Origin: Salisapilia sapeloensis CBS 127946
Taxonomy: Eukaryota > Protista > Oomycota
DNA: 64,000 nucleotides
Assembly (NCBI GenBank): GCA_023334545.1
Contig: JAADVB010000053.1
Coordinates: 24,282 to 88,281 of the forward strand
Reading direction: 5' to 3'
Shown: one piece after another, positions 49,692-59,241 of the stretch
Layout of the letters: each line of letters begins with the position of its first letter
Numbering within the stretch: the first letter of the stretch is position 1
The notes under the pieces: model-generated
The model's database searches: none
Told to the model about the DNA's origin: nothing
Seen by the model: the letters and a program-made list of their open reading frames with translations, nothing else
Position numbers and translations under genes: made by a program

Positions 49692-52412
49692 TCACTCGAT
49701 GTACGCATTCCCATCATTCTCAGTCGTATTAAGCGCCGTCATCCGTCGTTCATCATTCGTTACGAATGTGTTTTGACGAGTAAAGTCACCTCCATCGAGC
49801 ACATCGATAAGTGCTGGGTGACTGCGATGGTATGCCGGAGCATTATTACGTGCGTTCAGGGCAAAGATACGGGACATTTTCTGCTGGAATCGGAACTTGT
49901 ACGGCTTTGGAGGTAACGCAGACACACCATCCGGGTCCTTTCGCTTGAAAGTGGTCTTGTAGAAACGTTCCATCTTCTTCTCAAACGTCCATTGCTGTAG
50001 AAAGTCGATGATGCCAAAGTGGTACAAGGATGGACCAGAGACGCTTGTCGCCGGTTGAGTGTAGAAAGCGTCTTCGTACTTGCCTGACGGAGGGACAAAG
50101 TCGCTCGTGTCGACAAAGTACTCGGAGCTCTGGACGCCCATGAGAAGACTATAGTCCATGATGCCTTGCTCACATAGAAAGTCGCTGTCCTTGTGGATCT
50201 GGTCGTAGATCCGATGCGCCTGACTCGGATCGATGCGGATTTTCATCATCAGGTCATTGTCCTTGAGGACAATGTCCGGTTCATGGAAGTTCATCCCGTC
50301 GCCACACTCCTGATTCCGCGTGCTACCGAAGGTGTACGAGGCATTGCAGTATCGACATGTGGTCTTGTCTCCAGGTCGAGGCACCTTGGCATTCCGATCG
50401 ACCCAGCTACCCTTGATGTCATATCGATGGTGGATGACTTGCGTGTCGGCAAACAAGTTGCCCATGACGACAAAGTAGTACATTTTCCCATACAACGAGA
50501 CTGCGTGGCAACCGTAGAAGCGTGTGAGGAGCGTATTCGGGTTGCTCGTCACATACGCTTCGTAGTTTCGAGCGATCTTACGTAGGAAATTGCATTCTTC
50601 CGGCGACATGGTCTTCACGATCAGTCGTTCGTCGGACGTAAAGAACATGAAAGCACCGCTACGACCTTCACTAAACCTCTCTTTCGTCGTTGCACCGAAG
50701 AGCTGGACATACTCTTGGTCCTGGATACCAAACGTCAGTCGGATGTTACGGAAAGCACCAGGACAGAAGGACCAGAATTTGATCGATTTGCCCTTGTTGT
50801 CACTACCAGAGATCGGGATCGTAATGAGTTCATCCGTGACAGCTCGCACAGACTCTTTGATACCGGACGTCGTATAGTACAAGATCTCAGATCGAAGCGC
50901 AGTGTTCACTTGGGGACTCAAGTCGACGTCGACGTCTGCCGAGTCCTGTCCTGCGCCATTGCGCCGATGCTCGATGCTATTGACAGCAAACCAGATGACA
51001 TAGTCCAAGTAGCCTTTACTAGCGATTAGGAAGACAACGATCTGCCGAAAGACTTGTGCGACGGCTCGAGAGTTTGGCGAGTCACTCTTGGTCGTCAAAA
51101 AATAGGCACACATGTACAAGAGAAGAAGGAGAAGCCAGTAAAAGACGTAGGCACCTGTGAAGAAAGACATGTAGTTGAGGACACGTAGACGGATGTTGTA
51201 CGTCTTAGGGACACCACGGAGGTAGAGTCTCTGCCATGCAAGAGTGAGGACGCAGACGGAGACGAAGAGAACGAGGATGACAAAGCTGTAGATGAGGATC
51301 CACGGCCATTGCTGGGTGTTCATAAAGCTACTGGATGAAGCGCAGATCTCGATGTTATCTGGACACTTGGCACCTTCGTCACAGCAGACGCGAGACGACG
51401 CGGAGCAAAAGCCGATGACAGTGTCGATGTCGCTATTGTACTTGACAGCTCTACCGTCGACAGTGAAGAAACCTCCAGCGCCGTCGATGCTCCACGTGAT
51501 GACGCCCATGACGATGCCGCCGAGCCAGACCCAGAAGTGATAAAAGCGCATGAGTCGCTTGTAGCTCGTGAAGGGGCTTGTGAGGGAAAAGAAGAGATCG
51601 CAGGCCATGACGAGACCCCAGGCTTCCGACGCGAAGAAGAAGAACTCGGTCACGCCTGCGAGTCGAGAACAGTTCTCGTTGCTTTCGTTTGTCGGATCAA
51701 AGTCCACGATGACGTTTAGGAGCAAGCAGATGGCGAAGAAGATGCCGAGGACGGCACGTAAGTGGACGATCGGATTGGGATGCTGGTGCCACGTCTTCTT
51801 TCGAAAGTACGTGACGACAACAGCCGAGCCGCAGATGATCGTGTTGGCCGAGCCGGCGATGATACCTGTCCAACGGTAGTTGTAGAGCGCGACGGAAATG
51901 CCGAAGAAGGCCATGGAGAGACAGCATCCGAGTAATTGGGACTTTCGATTCTCAAACCACTTGACCTTTGCTTGTGGCGTCGACTGCGTCGTCCCGTGGA
52001 AATCATTCGCCATGTCTTTATTAATGACACGAATAATATTATTCGTGTTCATGCGAGGCGTCGACATGAGCGGTTGCTGGTACGCTCGAGAGCTCATACT
52101 GACATCCTGTTCGTGATTCTGAGCACTCGAGATGCTTGTCTGCGATTGCTCGGCAAGAGTGTAGCCAAAGCTTTCGGCCGAGTGCATCTGGGATAGAGGT
52201 CCGCGTCGTTGCGTGTTCTGCTGCTGGATGTAATTCGAGTCGGTAAAGTCACCATCATCCATTGGTGGACCGCGAGACTGTCCCATGACGTACATGCCTT
52301 CGGCCTGTGGACTAAAGTGGCTTTGATACGGGTGCTCTTCCAAGACCGGTATGCGACGCGTGCTATCCGGGGCAGATGAATCGCTATTGGCGTGTGCCGG
52401 GCGATGGGGCAT
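49692..52412 (-). CDS. GPCR-PIP kinase fusion (7TM + phosphatidylinositol phosphate kinase); intronless
   Basis: 7TM region with C-x-x-L-A..F..ASEAW..MACDL in TM3. PIPK motifs SEGRSGAFMFFTSD..IVKT, LLTRFYG, YDIKGS, LKDND, IMDYSLL, GIIDFLQ. Confidence 0.95.
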   Translation of the reverse strand: MPHRPAHANSDSSAPDSTRRIPVLEEHPYQSHFSPQAEGMYVMGQSRGPPMDDGDFTDSNYIQQQNTQRRGPLSQMHSAESFGYTLAEQSQTSISSAQNHEQDVSMSSRAYQQPLMSTPRMNTNNIIRVINKDMANDFHGTTQSTPQAKVKWFENRKSQLLGCCLSMAFFGISVALYNYRWTGIIAGSANTIICGSAVVVTYFRKKTWHQHPNPIVHLRAVLGIFFAICLLLNVIVDFDPTNESNENCSRLAGVTEFFFFASEAWGLVMACDLFFSLTSPFTSYKRLMRFYHFWVWLGGIVMGVITWSIDGAGGFFTVDGRAVKYNSDIDTVIGFCSASSRVCCDEGAKCPDNIEICASSSSFMNTQQWPWILIYSFVILVLFVSVCVLTLAWQRLYLRGVPKTYNIRLRVLNYMSFFTGAYVFYWLLLLLLYMCAYFLTTKSDSPNSRAVAQVFRQIVVFLIASKGYLDYVIWFAVNSIEHRRNGAGQDSADVDVDLSPQVNTALRSEILYYTTSGIKESVRAVTDELITIPISGSDNKGKSIKFWSFCPGAFRNIRLTFGIQDQEYVQLFGATTKERFSEGRSGAFMFFTSDERLIVKTMSPEECNFLRKIARNYEAYVTSNPNTLLTRFYGCHAVSLYGKMYYFVVMGNLFADTQVIHHRYDIKGSWVDRNAKVPRPGDKTTCRYCNASYTFGSTRNQECGDGMNFHEPDIVLKDNDLMMKIRIDPSQAHRIYDQIHKDSDFLCEQGIMDYSLLMGVQSSEYFVDTSDFVPPSGKYEDAFYTQPATSVSGPSLYHFGIIDFLQQWTFEKKMERFYKTTFKRKDPDGVSALPPKPYKFRFQQKMSRIFALNARNNAPAYHRSHPALIDVLDGGDFTRQNTFVTNDERRMTALNTTENDGNAYIE

Positions 52413-52739
52413 GTGCCGCTTTGGCGATCAGCTTAAAAGTCAGCAGCGGTGGGAGGGAGCGGCAATGACCTGGACTCCCGATACCTCGTGCCGTGAACTC
52501 GCGATGTGCCTAAGCGCCTCTTTTGCTGATTGGGCACGAGCTCGATAGCAAAAGCCAGTTTGACGTGGACCGGTCTTTGGCGTTTTATGAAATGCCATCC
52601 AATGTACCAGTCCCTAACGGAGCGAATAAGAATGGAGGGGCGAGGGGAGGCTGGCGTCCATAGATACGCTGAACACTCTGAAACGACTTGTGGTAGTTAT
52701 GAAAAGAGCGATTAAGAGCTGGGTTTTGATCTTTTTTAC

Positions 52740-54640
52740 GAGGCATACGGAGCATGCGTGAGATTGTAGTTGAATGTTAGACGTCTGGAGTTAAAAACGA
52801 GGTTTATGGATGCGAGGTCGGATAGCTCGTGTGATGATACGAGATACTGGTCAGTAGTTTCTAGATGGGTTGCTCGGGTGCTCGATTGGACGTGTGTGGT
52901 TATATAGGCAGTCGTTTTTGCTCGAGATGAGCTTGATGAGGGGAATGGAGGCATGACATAGACATGTTGCTTTGACAAGGCTTGCATATGGTGTACTAGA
53001 AGTAGCGAAGGCTTTCCTCCGGTCCGGAAACTTCATGTAAATGTAACCCGGAAGCTTCTAAGAAATGGTGTCGAAGAACAGTTCATGAAGGATATAATCG
53101 TACAGAACTATCAAGTATGCCTCTTGCACACCTGGCATAGACACAGTGGAGGATAGCACCCTCGATCGCTTTCCAAATCACTTTTGAGCTCGAGCTATGC
53201 TCACAAGATGAGGGCCGTATCCTCTCACTAGCATACCGAGTATTCGTTTACAAAAACCATAGCTCTAATGTAGTTAGCTGCTCGTGCATGAATCGGAGTG
53301 TCGTAAGGAAGCTTGTGTGAATGATAAAGGTGGCTTTCACCTAAAGCAAACTGTATACGAAACTACTATCGAGTGAAGCCACTCAAGATGATAGGTCCAC
53401 CTTGAAGTGAGCTGGGCAAACACACGGTACAAATCTTGAAAGGTGCAATGATCAGCCACAGCTAGATGTCGTACGCCAATACGTGTCGCTCATGTTGTCC
53501 TATTCCGCAAGTGATGGCATCATCATCGCTTCTAAGAAGCTTCACCACAACTTTTACTTGCAAGATCTTTTGATAAGCCGTATAGACCGTGCCCACTTGC
53601 TTACAACAACAAGAAACAAACGCGATAAACACGATTGTGTTTCCATTTTTGCAATGCACTTTGAGGATCTAGAGAAATACTCTATTTCAGTCTCCTTGTC
53701 TAGTGTAGGTGCACGAATGAGTTTCTGATCTGCTTCAGCTACTTTAATGAGCAAAGATCTTGGTCGACATTGAAGTAGTTTACATCCGCAATATATCCAT
53801 GTAGCGCAAGACGATACATATATGTATAGCACCGAATCAAGCGGGCGAGGTTCTTCAATCGACTCTTCGTTTGAGCTATCTTGTGCATTTCAGAATTCCT
53901 TTACACCGGATTTGCGCTGAATATCGTTTCGATAAAATTGGGGATTCACCTATTGCAACTCTATTCTTGACAATCGAATCGAGCAAACTCTACGTTCGTT
54001 CATAATTGCCGATTTTGCTTTCTCACTTGCCATCGGAAACCCAACGTAGCACTTCCATATAACTTTCTTCCACTATATCGTATGCATAAGCGAGTGTTCT
54101 GTACTGCCAATGGAGATGCGAATTTAAATCATTGGTCTGTCTCTGTCTTCGCCTTTGATTGAATCAGGAGGAAGTAAGTTTGGAGAAGACCTCAAGTCAC
54201 GCTTGGTATTCTACATGTGCACATTTGAAAAAGCGCGCGAAACAGTCGCTTCACTTGGTGAGCTCTTCGCTTTACTTGCGCTAGTTAGCTCTTCGCTATT
54301 ATTTCGGAACAGGCATAGTACAGTTGTGGCCAGAATAATTGATTGATATTTGTGAATCACACTGTAATATGTCCCAGTGAATTGGCGAAGAGCTCAACGT
54401 CGCAAGTAAATCGAATGCAGCTTCAACCTGAAGGATTTTCGATGAGAAATCACGATCCGCTCGATACTAGCCTCTCTAGAGCATGACAGAGGAACGGAAG
54501 ATACATGTATATAAGAATGGTAAGGTATATATCAATGTAAAAGTTAGGCGAACCGCCAAAGACTTGGCATTGATCTCTGTTACAGCGTTTGTGTATTTAT
54601 TTTCATAGTGCCTAATGTTCCTTGCATAATTTTCGGTTAT
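52740..54640 (-). pseudogene. Decayed coding-like sequence, including dispersed repeat copy 2 (about 54005-54640)
   Basis: Homology to 480-1030; many stops and frame changes; ancestral product not identifiable. Confidence 0.45.
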
Positions 54641-54925
54641 CTGTTCAATTAACACGAGCTTACTATTCTCGCAGTGCTCCCAGTTATATGCACCTCATGA
54701 AAGAAAATGACGATCGCTTGAGTACAATTCAATGGATAGAGAAAGGATGTTTTGACGTCGTGATAGAACACCACTGTTTTAAACCAATTGTACCTGACTG
54801 GTAGTGCCATCTGCACGGTACAGAGACAGCTCTAGAGTTTTGCTTTGAAGATCCATCTCGGAGTGGATTTTATTTGGTTGTATCCATTGGAATATCTATC
54901 TCCTCTAATTCTAATCCAGCGGCAG

Positions 54926-54941
54926 TCTCATTCCCCATTTC
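54926..54941 (+). promoter_or_regulatory. Inr+FPR core promoter of the ankyrin pseudogene
   Basis: TCTCATTCCCCATTTC is one mismatch from GCTCATTYBNNNWTTY and lies about 57 nt before the ATG at 54999. Confidence 0.6.
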
Positions 54942-54998
54942 GATCTTCCGAACCCAAGTTTCCTTCTGCTACAGATCTAGTTCCTAAAAGCATCTGCT

Positions 54999-56796
54999 AT
55001 GACTACGCTTGAAATTAGAAGCGAGAAGCTGTGGGAGTACGCTAAAGCTGGGGATGTAAAAGGCGTTTGCTAGGCGATTCTAGAAGGTGGTAACGTGAAC
55101 TATAAGGACGATGATAACGGTGTTTGGGGATCGCCATTAATAGTGGCGGCGACAGGGGGCCATATTAAAGTCGTCGAGCTATTATTACAGCATAATGCTG
55201 ACGTGCATAAGCAGAGTAGAAAAGGTCATACTCCACTTCATTTTGCTGCTGCAAGAGGACGAAGAAACGGTGCAAATGTGCTATTAGAATATGGCGCAGA
55301 GATCGATATGCAGAATGCAGATGGTCATACTCCCCTTCATATCGCTGCAGGAAGAGGACATCTGCAGGTGGCATATATACTACTAGAAAAAGGAACAGAT
55401 TTTCATAAGCAGGACAAGTACGGCCGTACTCCGCTTCATTGGGCTGTCGAACTTAGACACATGAAGATAGCGAATGTGCTTATAGAATATGGATTGGACG
55501 TGGACAAACAGAGTAAAAGCGGTCTAGCACCACTTCACATCGTTGCTGAAAATGGAGAAATAGAGATAGCAGTTGTGCTACTAGAGAATGGAGCGGGTGT
55601 TGACAAGCAGAATGGAAATCTTCATACCCCACTTCATTGGGCTGCAGAGAATGGGAACGAGAAGGTTGCGAATGTCTTATTACAACATGGAGCAAATGTT
55701 CATAAGCATGATTTCAATCATATGGCTCCACTTCATTGGGCTGCCGATTTTAATGAAGTGAAAATTCCGAACCGGCGACACAAAAATGGAGCAGAAATTT
55801 GTATGCAATATAGACATGATCGTACTCCACTCTTTATCGCTGCAGAGGAAGGAAAAGTGAAGGTTACAAACTTGCTCTTACAAAATGGAGCGAAGGTTAA
55901 TCAGGGTAATAGACGTGGTTGGGCTTCACTTCATATTGCTCCCAGATTTGGACAATTGAAGGTTCCAAATGTGCTGATAGAAATGGCGCCAACGTTGATA
56001 AGCAGGATAAGTATGTATCGCTCCACTTCATGTTGCTGCCGATATAGGACAAGTAAAGGCTATGAATATGCTACTACAAAATGGTGCAGACATGGATATG
56101 CAGGATATGTGTCGTCGTACTCCACTTCATATTGCTTCTCGAGCAGGTAATGTGAGCGTCGTAAAGCTCTTAGCCGGTCGGGGAGCGAATCCAAATATGA
56201 GAGATAACGATGATCAAATTGCAATCGATAAATTGTTGACATGGACAGATTTCGCTCCAGTGGAGACGCTTTTGGAAGCATTTACAAGTCTTACAAAAGC
56301 AACGTACAGGAATAAACGAGAGGCCGTGCAAGACTTATTACATCAGTCGATCGTCCAAAAGTCAGTGGACGAGATGATATCAAGATACGAACGCATAAGA
56401 GAGGAGGTGGAGATGCTCATAGAGTGCGAGTGGAAGCGTACGCTCGCCGGTAGCATGCAGCATCATCAAGCCGAGATGCTGTACGTTGCAATTGAGACAG
56501 AGAGTGCTGAGAAAAAGGATGATATTATCAACTGGATTAGTAGCAAAAAGTGGTTTGAAACATCAACGCTCTTAAATAACTTGACCGAAATGCAGCGCGA
56601 TGAGTTGGCCAAACTATTGTCTTCACTGGCGCGTTTGCAAAGGTACGAAAAAGAAATTTGCACCAGGTTTCGTGACAAAACTCTCTTGTGGAAAGCAGCA
56701 GAGATGGAAAAGCTTAGGGAGGATGCACGAGAAAAGATCAAGGAGATCATGAAGTTCCAGGGTATAGAGTGCGCTCAGAGTAAGAACAAAAAGTAA
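54999..56796 (+). pseudogene. Disrupted ankyrin-repeat gene, paralogue of 59242-62145
   Basis: In-frame TAG at 55071; frameshifts near 55982 and 56019 break one repeat (NGANVDKQDK | APLHVAAD); N-terminus YAKAGDVKGV and the post-ankyrin domain are shared with the paralogue. Confidence 0.8.
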
Positions 56797-57406
56797 GGAG
56801 GCATCAATTTAAGGCCGAAGACAGTACCCTCAGCCCTCACTTTTCGTTTTATCACCCATACATCACACTAGGAGGCTCAAAAAGTTTCAATTTTCACAAA
56901 ACTTATCAAGAGTCTATTTCTATGGTTATTGTCGCCAGTATGCATAAGCACTAAACCTTTGGCAGTTGAACTCTCCTTTCCTCAACTCTAGTAAAACATT
57001 TATATCATTCAGGCTTAAAATACATAAAGCGTGAAGTTATTGTTGGTTTTACTCAAACTTTCCTACAGCGGTTCATTGAATCGCCAGACCTTTTAAATGT
57101 ACATTTTAGACTGCCAAAAATGAATTACCGAGAAATAGAATACAAAGAGGAGTTTGCGGAGCAGTTCTCGGAACGGTATCAATAAGAAAATCTTTTTAGT
57201 TTCTCAATATATTGTGAAGGGCAATATATGGAAGAGGAATATAGCTGCAGTGTAGAGACTTTTCGCGTTGGACAGTGCTGATTCTTGGATATCTTAAATC
57301 TTCTCTTCTTTATCTGCATCTATCCATAGTAGTCGTCTCGGACCTTTTGGCTACCTTTCAAGCCTAATGTCACACCCGCTCTTACTTTCAAGCCTTGAAC
57401 AAAACT

Positions 57407-57422
57407 GCTCATTCTCCGATTC
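57407..57422 (+). promoter_or_regulatory. Perfect oomycete Inr+FPR motif with no intact downstream ORF
   Basis: GCTCATTCTCCGATTC matches GCTCATTYBNNNWTTY at every position. Confidence 0.5.
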
Positions 57423-59241
57423 CCCACAGTGCGCGCAACGGATAACCAGCAACCCACGCTCAACGTGCAAGATCTCCGGGGAGGCCGGTTCTTCCTCGAG
57501 GTCACTCTTTCGTCAACGAGTGCCGGTCAACCGGACGGAGCTCGAAGTATGACTGAAATGTCTTGCATATGACAAAACTGGCAAGGCAATCGGAAGGAGT
57601 CGACATACAAAGGCAGCTGACAATTGACGTTTCGACGACCGAAATGAACTGAAATAGATGCACGGAGTGAAGATATGCGAGCCCTAAGGTGGGACGGTTG
57701 AAGATATAAATATGAAAAAGGAGACGTCGGCGGTATTGTGAGGGATTCATGTGGGCGAAAAGCTATACGGCGCATGTGCTGCAGATATGCGTAGTCGTCT
57801 ACACCCATATACTGTTGAGCACATACGGGAGACCAGTACGAATGTCAGTGCTCTTTCTTTTTCGCTTAGAATAGCCGGTAGTCGGTAAATTTAAGCGGAA
57901 ATGACAATATAAGCCGATGTTCGAAGTCTTTGAACAGCCTACATAGATTGATTTTATGTTTCCTTTCTTATACAGTTCACTTCATGTCGACACGATTACC
58001 AGAAGATTAGATCAGAGGTCACTCCTACACTTGGGACTACCTCATAGCTGGACATGTCTTTACGTTTACTTGATGTCGTTGCTCGTATTTGATAGGTGCC
58101 ACGGATGAATGATACATACGCAAGATGCTGACCATGAAATAGTACGCATTTGGCACCGTCTCATAGATCTTATGATGACATTCTGCAAAATTGCCAACGG
58201 TGATCAGCAGCGACTACAAGGCCAATCTATTTAATATCTACGAGTAGATTTCCATTGGGATGGAAGTCTCCTATAAGAATGCTGCAGCATTGATTCGCTT
58301 TTAAATTCTTCTATTCAAGTACTATACAGCACTGCGACAGCGGCTTCATGAGCTATTCGCCTCATTCCTTTAATGCGTCATCGTACACGTCTATAATGCT
58401 GCAGATTTATTTGTCGATAACTTTAAAATTAATATCAAACTGCTCACTTTAGCTAGAAAGGCATAATAACTGTTTTTGCTTGAAGAGAAAGTTGATGGTG
58501 GCTAATACAACCTTGTAGAGATTACGATTTGGGTTCAAAAATGGATCTGGTAGTTAGTGTTGACGAGAGTAACATTTGAATTCAACTAGCCCTTCAAAAC
58601 CACTCAGCAGTACCACATATCTGCTTAGTTATTCACTTCTTTTTTCGGATGTGTACAACACCATTTACGATCTTTTCTAAATCGATGACGTGGAGCGTTG
58701 GAATCTCGTAGACAAAATCTATCCAAAGCCTCAAGCCGCTTGCGTACCCATGAGCTACTCCTGTTCTAAGCCGAAATAGAGCATTTCGATATAACGATGC
58801 CTGACGACATGTTCGCCGTCTATGCATGAAGCAACGTCTTCCGGTATCTATCTCTAGGAACTGATCTGCATCGCTGATACCACGGTACTCACACGTCTTT
58901 GCGTCTCATATAGACGCTTTCGTCTAGTCGGTTCGCACGCCAAGGTACAAATTTCCATGCTACGCGTTATTGGTGGCTATGAAGTATCAGCACATCTGCA
59001 TGCTCTTTCAGTATTAAAACTACTCGAATCAAACTTTATCTGAACTGTGATATGAATTTCAGTATGTGATAGTGCTTGAAGCACAACTTCAAATATCTGA
59101 CGACACTTTCGAATATCCTAAATCTTCTTATTCGAAATTCGATCGCAGCCATGCACCATTTTGCAAAATCTTCTCCCTCGTGACAGTGAACTCATCTGTC
59201 CTGTACTTACGTCGTGACTAGTTTTCGATTATCTTCCCTGA

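Noticed and set aside
53462-53659. GTVYTA..VVVKLL resembling kinase subdomains I-II
   Set aside because: No HRD/DFG or other kinase motifs are recognisable downstream; too short to support.
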